Assembly (NCBI RefSeq): GCF_001194135.2
Contig: NC_069000.1
Location: 8,962,292 to 9,026,291 of the forward strand
Direction: 5' to 3'
DNA: 64,000 nt
From: Octopus bimaculoides
Lineage: Eukaryota
In this document: positions 1-12,672 of the stretch, piece after piece
Position numbering within the stretch: position 1 is the first letter of the stretch
Layout of the letters: each line of letters starts with the position of its first letter
The notes under the pieces: model-generated
The model's input: only the letters and a program-made list of their open reading frames with translations
Database searches by the model: none
What the model was told of the DNA's origin: nothing
Translations under genes and position numbers: made by a program

Positions 1-323
1 GACCCCACGCTTCCGAACGTGACCTCATCTCCTGCAATCCTAACGCCACCAAGACGGTTGATGGCGTCCATCCCCAACACGACATCAACCCCGTCTATCA
101 CATAGTCGATCACGATCACCCGTAGCCTCAGCGCCGCGCTCGGTAACGCTATCTCCAGACTGGAGCTGCCCCTGCAACGGATCTCTCTACCGTCGACAGC
201 TAGACCGTCGCTTAACACGTCTTGTCCTGACCGCAGCCCCGTTCGAAAAGGGCACGAACGCCGATCGAGGCTCCCTCTTCCCTGTTTCCCCTTCCGGTCA
301 GCCTCCCCAGACACTGACGTCAT
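1..323 (-). mobile_element. Gypsy-type pol fragment, C-terminal half of aspartic protease; ORF runs off the window edge
   Basis: ATG at 323 reads MTSVSGEADRKG...LAVDGREIRCRG...VDVVLGMDAINRLGGVRIAGDEVTFGSVG with no stop; AVDG flap and D-x-x-LGMD motifs; GC/CpG-rich compared with the rest of the window. Confidence 0.75.
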
Positions 324-360
324 ACCACAACTATCTTTTGGGTTTTTTTTTTAAGGAATA

Positions 361-550
361 TGTAAGACTACGTTACTTTTATATAGTAGGTGGATGGTGG
401 TTCGAGAGACTGCTATTGCTAGCAGGCGAAGTGGTTACGTATTAGGCTGCCTCGCTGGCTCATAGTAATGTTGGAAATTTTCTTTGTTAGTGAATAGTAA
501 TGCTAATAGATACGCTAGCATTTGCAGTAAACAAACACCACTTGACTACA
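361..550 (-). mobile_element. LTR (190 bp) of a Gypsy-like retroelement
   Basis: Bounded by TGTA...TACA termini; sharp switch to (GT)n flank at 551; abuts a retroviral-protease-like ORF; no tRNA PBS recognised. Confidence 0.65.
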
Positions 551-790
551 GGTGCGCGTGTGTGTGTGTGAAATGCCAGTAAGACAAGTGTGTCATTGAC
601 ACACATACACTGGTACCAAAGGCACACGTATATGTATACCTGTAGTTATATGCTGTGTTGCCGTGTCTACAATAATCAGATACTTAATGGTGGTGGTTGT
701 GGCGATAATGACAACCGACATAGCAGATATATATGGACTATTGTTCTCTGCTGTAATAATGCCATGGCTGGCTACTTTACATATCATCCT

Positions 791-1182
791 TTTATTCTTT
801 TACTTGTTTCAGTCATTTGACTGCGGCCATACTGGAGCACCACCTTGACGGGTTTTAGTTGGACAAATCGACCCCAGGACATATTTTTGAAGCCTAGTAC
901 TTATTCTATTCGTGTCTTTTGCCAAACTGCTATGTTATAGGGACGTAAACACACCAAAACTGGTTGTCAAGCGGTGATGAGGGAGGGGACAAACAGACGC
1001 GCACGCGCACACACACACATTTATACGACAAACTTCCCTTCAGTTTCCGTCTACCAAATCCACTCACAGGTCGGCCTGAGGTTATAGTAGAAGACGCTTG
1101 TGAAGGTGCCACACAATGGTACTGAACCTGGAACTATGTGGTGAGGAAGCAAGCTTCTTACCACACAGCCACGCCTGCGCCT
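791..1182 (-). mobile_element. tRNA-derived SINE family A (CORE-like centre, internal CA/GT repeat), full length
   Basis: Head ggcgcaggcgtggctgtgtggtaagaag; tail ..ggtgctccag.atggccgcagtcaaatgactgaaacaagtaaaag; further full or partial copies near 3290, 13140, 15400, 20205, 25875, 27070, 31405, 35185, 42225, 47080, 52050, 52525-53270, 53680, 62100, 63835. Confidence 0.85.
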
Positions 1183-2086
1183 TTGTCATGTCTTCTTATT
1201 TAAAATAAGTTACCATCTCAAGATTAAGGGAGTAGGTAAGTCAGTTCCATCGACCCCAGTACTCAACTGGTACTTATTCTATCAGACCCCAAAAGGACAA
1301 AAGGCAAAGTTGACCTTGCCAGAATTTGAACTATGAACATAAGACTGGAAGAAGTGTTGCTAAGCAATTTTTTGGGTATGCTAACAATTCTGTTAACTAA
1401 CTAACTAACTAATAATAATAATAATAATAAAATGACTAGGAAGACATTTTAATTATGGTGGTTCTATAGTTTTAAAGTTTGTTGAAAGTCTAACTCTCCA
1501 ACACAAAACAAGTAGAATAATATTATAGAAGACAGCCAATGATCATGATAATGATTAATAATTATCATTATTTTATAATAATCACATTAATTATTTTATT
1601 TTGTGACAATGATAACATTAACAATTATGATGATGATGAAAGAGTAGTTATATGAAGATAATGAAAAAATATCTGTCAGGTATCATAAAATATTTTCTCT
1701 GTCTTGCTGAAAACTTTAATTGTTAAACAGAGAGAAAAGTATATTTTATTGACTATTAAAAAAGAAAAAAAAGAGAAAAAGAGACAATTGTAATAAAATT
1801 CTTCTCTCTTTCCCTCTGGCTGTTATAACCTTCAGTATCATGCTATTATAGAATGCTGAAAAAAAAAAAGTCTCATAAATGTCATGTTCTTGGACATTAA
1901 AAGGAAAGCCATAAAAAAAAGAAAAAAGAACCAATTACTTAGCATTTGGTGAAACTGGTTTTTAGTGAAAGCTATCTACCTAAATCATTTAAAAGGAACT
2001 GTGTGTATGTGTTGCAGAATAGATTTAAATACAAGTAGGGAAAACCTATGTCTTCAACCACTGATTCTCTCTCTCTTTCTCTCTCC

Positions 2087-2122
<36 letters not shown>

Positions 2123-4073
2123 GGGCGAAAACAACAGTAACATCATCCCTTATAGGGCAGCCACATTTTGGTGGGGAAGCAGTCTAATTGATTACATTGA
2201 CCCCAGTGCTCAACTAGTACTTATTTTATTGACCCCAAAAAAGACAAAAGGCAAAGTGGATTTTGGTGGAATTTGAACTTAGAATGTAAAGATGGACACA
2301 ATGCTTAGCAGCATTTTGTCTGGCGTGCTAATTATTTTGCCAGCTCAATGACTAAAAACTATAGGTTTTCCTAATCCTATGTATGAAGTAGTAGTAACAG
2401 CAGCAGTAAAGACAGTCGTCTCGAAACCTAAGGCTCACAGGGCCAATTGCTTGGTTTCCATTATGTATAAATGACGTGGAATGGAGGGCAGTGTGAATCG
2501 AAGTATTTTGCTACTAATGCAACTAGTACTATTACAGCTAACACTACTACAACTAATACTATTGAATTTCATTTTACTGCTGTCACATTTCTGGCAATTA
2601 CATATTTGGATTTGCTTTAGGCTAGTGTTTTGTTTCTGTGTTGTTCTGTGAACAATAAAAAAAAATAATTAATAAATAGACAAATTTTTTTTTTGAAAAA
2701 CCCTTGACAACACTGAGTTGATAGGGTATGAAAACCAAACAAACAGGAATTCCATTTTCTATTATTTATATCTGCCTGTAAGTGAGGAGGTGTCTTCTGT
2801 CTGAAGCAACCAGCATATCCAGAGGTGTGCGTTGGAAGGATTGTAATTATCGGAGATTGGTCGGGGCAGGTGGAGAAATGAATCGTTGTCAGGTTGTGAT
2901 GAAACATGTTGTTTAATGTAAAGAAAACAGATACCTCATGTCACTTCTGTAGTTACTACAAGACTGACATAGTTAACAGCTTTTGATGTTGGGGCTATTA
3001 TGTCAAATGGAGAGAGCTGCCTGGCCCTTGGCAGAATCACTCAATAGACAGTGCACCGCTGGGACCTGTGGATCTGCAAAGCAAAAGATTTTGCTGTTAT
3101 TATCACAGTCACCATTACTGTATCTATGACCACGTTATTTACATATATATATATATATATCTTGCCCAAAATGTCATGCAGTGGGACTGAATCCGGAACC
3201 ATAATTTTTGAATTCAGTTCAGTATTAGGTAATTCTTTAATTTAATGTTAAATTGTTTTTGTATAAAGCTTTACTTAAAGTAAATATATAGGCATAGGCA
3301 TGGGTGTGTGGTAAGAGGCTTGCTTCCCAACCACATGGGTTCAGTCCCACTGCGTGGCACTTTGGGCAAGTGTCTTCTACCATAGCTTCAAGCCGACCAA
3401 AGCCTTGTGAGTACGGCAAATGGAATCAATAGAATAAGTACTAGGCTTACAGAGAATAAGTCCTGGGGTCGAACACATTGGTTGTGCTCCAGCATGGCCG
3501 CAGTTCAAACTGACTGAAACAAGAACAAAAAAATGATGGCAAAAATAGAAAAAAAGGATCTTTTAATTTAACGTTAAATTGTTTTTGTATATAACTTGAA
3601 AATAAATATATACATGGATACACAAACACACACACACACACTGTTTGCTCTTCATCACTCTCTTATTTTCACTCCCTCTCATCTTTCTCCCCCCCCTCCA
3701 ATTCAATTTTTCCCCTGCTACCTTACCAAATTCTTCCACATCCTACTTTTCTCTATTACACTGACCCTGTCAACACCAATCTGCCCAGCTCTGAAAGTCT
3801 TCTTATTTAAATTTTAACCATCCTACATAATTTTATGTTAAAACATTTCATGTTCCAAATACCCAAATTAATAATGACAGTTATTTTTCCTAAATCCTAT
3901 TAAATTCTTAATTATTTTCATAATTAATTACCATATGTAGATGGTGGGGTTCATTAGAAATATCATTATGAAACGATTAACCCTTATGATATTTCTGTTG
4001 AAATGCTCTAACTTTGCTTCAATTAATTTTGAAAATAAGGAGGTTTTTGGTAAAATAATTTTGCCATTGTTAA

Positions 4074-4291
4074 CCCTTCAGCATTTAAACCAGCTATGTC
4101 AAGCCCAAGTATTCAACCTGTTTTATTTTCAAACTGGCCAAATCTGGTCTCTCACACCTACCCTACCGTCATACAAAAAGGAAACAAACACACCATCACA
4201 ATCTCAAAGCTGTGAGATAATGCATGATTAATCCAAAACAATGTGAATAAAAAAGAATTACATTTGACAGAGTAATCTAAATGCCAAAGGG
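4074..4291. mobile_element. piggyBac-type MITE
   Basis: TTAA TSDs at 4070-4073 and 4292-4295; CCC...GGG termini; imperfect TIR cccttcagcattt / aaatgccaaaggg; other copies near 16010, 17481, 27680, 43919, 51735. Confidence 0.8.
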
Positions 4292-4342
4292 TTAAGCTGG
4301 CATTTAGAAAATAAATTATAGTGAAATTTTGATAAGTTTTAA

Positions 4343-4559
4343 CCCTTTAGCATTCAGATTACTCTGTCAGATGTAAAGCTTATCTGTTCACATTGTAATT
4401 CATCATGCATTATCTCATAGCATTGAGATTTCAATGATGTGATTGTTTCTTTTTACTATAGTATTGTAGGGTAGATGTGAGAGACCAAATCTGACCGGTT
4501 TGAAGATAAAACAAGGAAGAATATTTGGACCAGATATGACAAGTTGAAATGTTAAATGG
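4343..4559. mobile_element. piggyBac-type MITE, same family, opposite orientation
   Basis: TTAA at 4339-4342 then ccctttagcattcagattactc, the reverse complement of the end of the 4074 copy. Confidence 0.75.
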
Positions 4560-4711
4560 TGAATTTAGAACCCTCTAAATCAGAAAGACTGTATCACAAT
4601 ACCAGAAGTGGTTTCAAACGTTAGTTCAAAAGGGTTAAATGAAAATTCAGAAATCAGTTGCTAGGTCTTTATGATAATTTTAACCAAGTTGATATACATT
4701 ATTGATTTTCT

Positions 4712-4745
<34 letters not shown>

Positions 4746-5290
4746 NNNNNNNNNNNNNNNNNNNNNNNNNNNNNNNNNNNNNNNNNNNNNNNNNNNNNNN
4801 NNNNNNNNNNNNNNNNNNNNNNNNNNNNNNNNNNNNNNNNNNNNNNNNNNNNNNNNNNNNNNNNNNNNNNNNNNNNNNNNNNNNNNNNNNNNNNNNNNNN
4901 NNNNNNNNNNNNNNNNNNNNNNNNNNNNNNNNNNNNNNNNNNNNNNNNNNNNNNNNNNNNNNNNNNNNNNNNNNNNNNNNNNNNNNNNNNNNNNNNNNNN
5001 NNNNNNNNNNNNNNNNNNNNNNNNNNNNNNNNNNNNNNNNNNNNNNNNNNNNNNNNNNNNNNNNNNNNNNNNNNNNNNNNNNNNNNNNNNNNNNNNNNNN
5101 NNNNNNNNNNNNNNNNNNNNNNNNNNNNNNNNNNNNNNNNNNNNNNNNNNNNNNNNNNNNNNNNNNNNNNNNNNNNNNNNNNNNNNNNNNNNNNNNNNNN
5201 NNNNNNNNNNNNNNNNNNNNNNNNNNNNNNNNNNNNNNNNNNNNNNNNNNNNNNNNNNNNNNNNNNNNNNNNNNNNNNNNNNNNNNNNNN
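4746..5290. other. Assembly gap (N run)
   Basis: Other gaps at about 6863-6954, 27266-27365, 32768-33126, 35717-35991, 36942-37114, 52716-53130, 56130-56382 and 63163-63822; many are flanked by microsatellites. Confidence 1.
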
Positions 5291-5472
5291 ATATATATAT
5301 AAGGTAGAAAATATTTTAATAATCCTTAACTTGATGAACAATGTGAAACCAGTTCTCGCTTTATGTTGAAACAAAATCTTATTTTTGTACAAAATTGTAT
5401 ATCTTTATTATTATGACTCTAATATACTCCTTAATCTTGTAAAACAAATCTTCTTTGTTTTTTCATCTTCTC

Positions 5473-5529
<57 letters not shown>

Positions 5530-8500
5530 ATATATTTGTTTGCTACTCCCATTTAGCAATATCTAAACAACTCAGGTGTTATATTGGGATATGTATTTCT
5601 GTTATTTGTTTGTATCAATCTTGTCAAATAGCTCCTTACTACAACATTAACATTGCTGCCACTATCACCACCACCGCCACCACTACCGCTACCACCACCA
5701 CCACCACCATCATCATCATCAACAGCACCACAATCACTACTACTATTACCACAACTAATATTTTTCTATCGTCCCTCAGGAGCCACACACATATACACAC
5801 AAACAAACACATAACCTCAACGGTGGTAGAAAGAGTGGTGGTGGTGGTGGTGGTGGTGGTGGTGGTANNNNNNNNNNTTTTTTTTTCCTGAAACATTTGC
5901 ACTGAAACTGTAGACTCTGTTATCTTCTTTAAATAAGCAAATGGAAGTGAATTGCATTTAAAAGAAGAAAACTCTTTAGCAAATATATAAATATTTTTAA
6001 ACGTACACACACATATGCGCACTTGTATTTATATTATTGTGTATGTATGTATATATACATGTACACACACGTACACTCTTAAAAGACAACTCTGGTAAAT
6101 ATATAAATATTTTAAAATATATACATATGTGTGTATATATATATTCACACAAACATACATGTACATGCATATATATATATATATGCATATATGTTCATGT
6201 GTATACTTTTGCGTGTATATACACTCTTACGTCTACCTATACACTGAGTGTCCATCCACCCTGCCCTACAGGCTGACTTAAGGGCTCTCTGCATGATATT
6301 TGGCTGCACCTGCAGATCCCATCAACTTGATAACTTGTTTAGTCTTAGTTCTCTGGGTTATCGCAAACACAGGAGTCACCGTTTCCCCACTAAAGTTACA
6401 CATACACACACAAACATATGTATTTTATGGAAATTTTATATCTAGTTTCATGAATTCTCAACTCTTTTTTTATCTTATTAATATCTACTATTTAATTTCC
6501 ATTTTGAAAAGCGCGATTGTTTCCAGCTTTGCCTTACTGGCACTTGTGCCGGTGACATGTGAACAAAACATTGGACTGACTCCCGTGCATGTGGCACGTA
6601 AATAACACCATTTGAGCACGGCCGTTGCCAGTACCGCCGGACTGGCCCTCGTGCAAGTTTCTTACCACACAGCCACTACTGTACCAATAACTTATTTTAC
6701 TAAATCCTTGCAAATTCTTCATTACTTTCAAAATTAATTGAATCACGGCATTATTATTATTATTATTATCGATAGAATCAGAGTATGGAACAAAAATGCC
6801 CTGTTGTATTTTTTCCAGTTCTTTGTGTTCTGAGTTCAAATTGTGCCAAGATCAACTGTGCCNNNNNNNNNNNNNNNNNNNNNNNNNNNNNNNNNNNNNN
6901 NNNNNNNNNNNNNNNNNNNNNNNNNNNNNNNNNNNNNNNNNNNNNNNNNNNNNNCCTATTCTTGAAGCAATTCTCGTTTCAGTATGGTAGCAAGAATGGC
7001 AAAGCGCTGGACATAGAATGTCTGGCAGTATTCAGTTTCAAGCTATTCAGATTGTGAATTCAAATCCTGGTAAAAAGAAATTAACAAAATTAAACATTAG
7101 CCAAATATAAATCTACTTTTAAATCCTTATCTAAGGTTTGTGGTGGTGGTCTTCTTTTTTTTTCTTTTTTTTTTTTGTTCCAATATTAGAAACCGTCATC
7201 GTTATTTTTATTTTGGTTTGTGCTACATAATTACACCATACTGAGAAATGGAGATGTTGTGAGGAGGGTGGGACAGGCAGATGCTGAATGTCACGTGACT
7301 TGAATGCACCAATCAGAATGTTGTTGAAATAATCCTTGGAACAATCCTTCCATTATCATGATTTTCAACAGCATACATACATACATACATAGATTGATTC
7401 ACACACACAGAGTTAGAACAGGAATCCATTGTTTCTTTAAGGTTGACACTGGGAAACAAATAAGACTCCCTTTTGTTGAATTATGTGCATGGAGAGAGAG
7501 AGAGAGGGAGAGAGAGAAAGAAAAAGAAGAGCAAAGAACTATCTCTTTCTCGCCCTCTTCTTGGTATCTTTGTCTGTGTACAGAGAAAATATTTCAATGG
7601 ATATTGTTTGCAATACAATCTTAAACATCTTGAAATAGGTTTTGGTGTACTAACTAGTTATTTGATAACATCTCTGAAATGGTTACAGCATTCACTTCTA
7701 CTACCAGCTACCCCTTTCCCACCTCACCCCCCATCACTTTCTGACATAGTTCTGGATTTAATTCTTTGGTGACAAGTAATCTTCCTAGTTTTATTTCAAT
7801 TCTTTTTCTTTTGTTTTTCATATTGCTTTATATTCCCCATCATTTTCTGGTATCATCATCATCATCTCTATCATCATCTGCAACTTTTCAAAGATAGTTG
7901 AGAGTAATTTTTAAGAGAGATTTAGCTGCTATATCTAGCAGGTCATGCAACTATATTGCGGTTCCCTCCGTTGAAACTTTTGGGGATATTCTTGGTTACA
8001 TTGTCTTTAACAGGGGGTCTTTGACTATTTCCTGAAGATTGCTCCCTTTTGGAAATAAAACCTGAAGAAACTAGATTAGTACAGTTTAAAAGCCACCACC
8101 ATCATCATCATAATCATCATTAAGGTTGCTAGATCTGCTAAAAATAGAAGTCAAACCTCCATCTAAATTCTATAACTTACTGCCTTAGAGGAAGTAGACA
8201 TTAGATACTTTAATCTCAGCCCTACAATGGCAGGATGGTCACATCTGGAATACTTTTGATCATAGGCCTGCTCTGTCAGGGTTTCCTTAGGGTTAAACAC
8301 CTCTATATGCAGACTAGTGGTTGTTGTTGTTGTTGTGTTCCTGGTCAATCCTCTCGGACTACATCATCTAATGTGTCCTTCTAGGACTCATTATGGTTTA
8401 AGGATTTGACTTCTATTTCTAGCTGGTCACTTTTGACTCTTTGTTTCTCCCTGCCCGTCTCATTCTCGATACGTCTCCCTCCTCCCTCTCCCTCTCTATC

Positions 8501-9159
8501 ATGCACACAGAAGCAGTTGCATCTTGCTTTCTTTCTTTCTTTCTTTCACTCCTCCCACTCCCCTCTTTCATTTCCTTTGTCTTTCGCTTCTTCCCTTTGT
8601 TCTTATTCCCTTTACATTCTGCTTGCTGCCCCTGACCTTTCATCCTGCACACTGTCTCTCATCCTCCTCTCCACCACCACCACCACCCTTCCCTGCATCC
8701 CTGCAATTACTTCCTTCTAAGTTCATTATAGTCACATTTTGACATACATAAAAATTATATACACAGGAAAAAAAAAATTAACATACAAAAAAAAAACAAA
8801 GGAACAAAACAAACAGGTATCTTCTTCCTACATCATTGCAACTGCTAAAACTAGGGGGTGGGGGTGGAAGCTGAGGGACAAGGAGGGAGAAGGAGAAGAT
8901 TGTGGCAGCTGAACACCATGGCCCCTGCTTTCGACTCTTTACCCCTAACCTTCCGTTGTGGACAATGAACTCCTTTTTTAGCTCCCTGATTTCTACAGCT
9001 GCTGCTGTTGTCTGACTCTGGAAACAAAAGTAGAGATTACATTTCAGAATGATTATAATGCCATTGATGATGATGCTGATTAATAAATGCCCCCTGTTCC
9101 CGGTAAAGGTAAAAGTTAAAAAAAAAAATTATGATTCTGTCTTTTGTTAATGTAAGTGA

Positions 9160-9490
9160 AGGCATATGGCCTTAGTGGTTAGGGTATTTGGCATCCAATC
9201 ATAAGGTCTTGAGTTCGACTCCGGGTAGCACATTGTATCCTTCAGGAAGACACTTTATTTATTTCATGTTGCAGTCCACTCCGTTGGCAAAAATCAAGCT
9301 GTACCTGTAATTCAATGGGCCAACCTTGTTACATTCTGTATCAGGCTGAATCTCCTTGAGAACTACATTAAGGGTACACGTGTCTGTGGAGTGCTCAGCC
9401 ACTTGCATGTTAATTTCATGAGCAGGCTGTTCCATTGATCGGATCAACTGGAACACCCGTCGACATAACTGACAGAATGCCAGTTGTTAA
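9160..9490 (+). mobile_element. Older SINE sharing the family C 3' half but with a different centre
   Basis: tRNA-like head; 9300-9480 aligns with family C (aagggtacacgtgtctgtggagtgctcagccacttgca...gatcggatc). Confidence 0.75.
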
Positions 9491-9687
9491 TGTCCCTCGG
9501 CTATTGGCCTTGTGGCAAATAGATTGTTTTCATCATTGTTGTTGTTGTTTTGTTTCATATGAGCAGTTCCAAGTTTCATCCAGAGACCTCGAAAGATGGG
9601 TGTTTTACTGAGGTTGTTATTTATGAGTAGCAATAACACTGTCACATGATATTTTGTCCTTCAGAAGGAACTGTCATACCCCTAGGA

Positions 9688-9906
9688 CAGTGGTTCCCAC
9701 CCAACCTGTAGTCCATGGACCCCTGTTGGTCCGCAAAGGTAGATCCAGGGGTCCGTGAACAAAATTCAAAGTTTCACACACACACACACACACACATTTA
9801 TATATATATATATACATACATAAGGATAAGCATTTTAAAAGGAGTCCATGGGGAAACTCATTTAAATAAAAGGGATCCTTGGTAGTGAAAAGGTTGCAAA
9901 CCTTTG
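9688..9906. mobile_element. hAT/Charlie-type MITE with internal (CA)n(TA)n
   Basis: Starts CAGTGGTTCCC; 8-bp TSD ccctagga / ccctagaa with a CTAG core. Confidence 0.7.
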
Positions 9907-10699
9907 CCCTAGAAAGTATTTAAAATGGTTAATATTTCCTTCAAGCTTTGCTTTTGTTATTTTTATTCAAACCCAAAAGAATCCTTCTCAACACATGGCC
10001 ATGATGTTCCCCTGTTACTCCTGCAACGTGAAATAAAACGTCAGGTACCAAACTCTAATTTGATTTGGCATGGTTTCTGTGACTGGATGCCCTTCCTAAC
10101 ATCAACCACTTTACAGAGTATGCTGGGTGCTTTTTATGTGACGCCGGCACAGGATTCTTGGAGGTCAGTCCTCTTCACCAGGGGGAGCCGGCCTTAACAC
10201 TTCTGCTGTGGAGCGCAGGCCTTACCGTGAGAAATTCATTTAAGGTTAAAAGGATCTTTTCAGTAAAAAGGTCCAGTTGAAAAGAATCATCCTTACTGAG
10301 GGCAAAAATTACAAAATATTTATATTATAATGTTGATGTATTGAAATGAAGTGGTTGAAAGTTAGGAAGTTGTGGCTTTCATGCCTATCCTAAAGGCATT
10401 ATTAGCTTCAAAGAAGTGAAACATGGGAAGATTTAATGCAAATTTTGATGATGATGATGATGGTAGTGGTTAATTAGGATTATAAGCTAAAGTAAATAAA
10501 TGTCAGAAAGTCTGCTGAATAAATCTTATTGATAGGGGTAGCATTAAGGGTGGATGTGTGTGTGTGAGGAAGATACTTGAGAATCAAAGACCCTTATCTT
10601 TGTCTTGATATCCACTATGGGGCTTTGTTGTCTGCTGCTGGAAGCTCACCCCATTCATGTATATAAGGATATAGAGATATATGTGTTTATGCATAAATA

Positions 10700-11199
10700 G
10701 ATGTGTGTGTGTGTATATTTGTTTGTGTATATGTATATTTACGTATATATATTTGTGTGTATTTATGTATATATTTGTATTTTTTTAATATTTATGAATA
10801 TATATGTATACATATATATGCATGTATATTTATGTATATATATACATATGTGTGTATGTATATTTATGTACATATGTGTGTATATGTATATTTATGTATG
10901 TATATAATTGTATGTATATATGTGTATATATATATATGTGTATGTATATGTGTGTGTGTATATATATATGTGTGTATGTGTGTGTATGTATGTGTGTGTA
11001 TGTATGTGTGTGTATATATATGTGTGTATGTGTATGTATATTTGTGTGTGTGTATGTATATGTGTGTATGTATATATTTATGTATATGTGTGTATGTATA
11101 TATTTATGTATATGTGTGTATGTATATATTTATGTATAGATGTGTATGTATATGTATATATACATGTGTGAGTGTGTATGTATATACATTTGTGTGTGT

Positions 11200-11242
<43 letters not shown>
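10700..11242. repeat. Long degenerate (TA/TG)n tract ending in (CA)n
   Basis: Direct inspection; similar tracts at 22020-22530 and 28680-29110. Confidence 0.95.
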
Positions 11243-11243
<1 letters not shown>

Positions 11244-11292
11244 TTGACACAGGGGGCAATGTCTAAATTTTCTGTTTACAAAAGCAAATCTG

Positions 11293-11330
<38 letters not shown>

Positions 11331-12624
11331 AAAAACCTTCAATTGATGCAGTCATGTTTATTTTTTGTGGCTTAATTCATTTCATGCTTGTCAATTCATT
11401 CAATTGTTATTTTAACCACACCTCTTTCATGATAGTTTAAGGAACTGTTTTATGAGGAACATCTTGAACACCACCACATCATCCATAATACACCACCATT
11501 ATCAACTAGGGGGTCATTATATGGTTGGTGGACCTGCTAGAAATGGCAGCCAAATCTACCTGTAAATGATTCCTCACCCTTATGGGAGTGATATATATAG
11601 AATTATGAAGTCTTTGTGAATACTCTGAAAATGCTGGGTCGCCACGGTTGGAATCACTTTGTTATTCAACCTGCTAGAAATAGTAGCCTACTCTGCCTTG
11701 AAATTACACCTCGTTGCCATAAAAATATCAAATTAAGTAGTTGACTTGCATTAACTTATTTAGTCCATAGCTGGAATTTCTGTTAATCATAGGTCTGCTC
11801 AGTCAACATTGACCAGCAGCTCAATGACAACAACATCACCATCACTACTACCCTCCTCATCATCACCACCACTATCATCATTAGCCTCATCATCACTCCC
11901 ACCACCATCACCAGCACCACCACCACCAGCACCACCACCACCACTGTTGTCATGAGGAACTCCTTAATAAAGGGAGAATTTAACTGTAAATCTAATGTGG
12001 CCGAGGGGCTGCATCTTGGAATGGAGACCCTGGCATTTGTAAACCCCTAATCAAAGCCCTTATGATTTCTCCTTTGACTTTTAAGATGTGGATGGAAAAA
12101 TTTCTTTCAATTTATTGCAGACTGAGGGAATGAAGTGCAGGGATGGGGGTGAGGTGGGCTGTGGGATGGTAGTGGTGGTGGTTTCTTGAATTGCCCTTTG
12201 TATTGTGTCCCTTCTCCCCCCTCCTCCTCCTCACACTGCTACCATCACCATCAGCAAGCTGATAGATTCTTAATATAAATATTTCCTTATCTGGCACGAA
12301 ATGATTATTTGTTTTGTTTTTAAGGGGGTGCAGTTTCTGCAATCTCTGGGTCTTCTTTGTACAAGTGAAATTTAGGTTAGTTACATGACTGAGAAACTGC
12401 CCCCACCCCTCTCCCTCTTAACCATGTCTCATTTTCTCTTTATTATTTTGTAACTGTCTCTCATACACCCCCCCCCACATATATATATATATATATATAC
12501 ACACACAACATACACATAGATTTGCACACATATACACATATAATGTGTGTGTGTGTGTGTATATATATATATACACACACACATACACACATATAAGTGT
12601 ATGTGTGTGTGTGTNNNNNNNNNN

Positions 12625-12672
<48 letters not shown>

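Noticed and set aside
4671-5392. Long ORFs of 200-280 aa, also at 32215-33193, 35377-36112, 52663-53222 and 63089-63953
   Set aside because: They are open only because they cross N gaps
10703-11266. Cys/Val/Tyr/Met-rich ORFs, also at 22040-22587 and 28663-29118
   Set aside because: Translations of (TG/TA)n microsatellites
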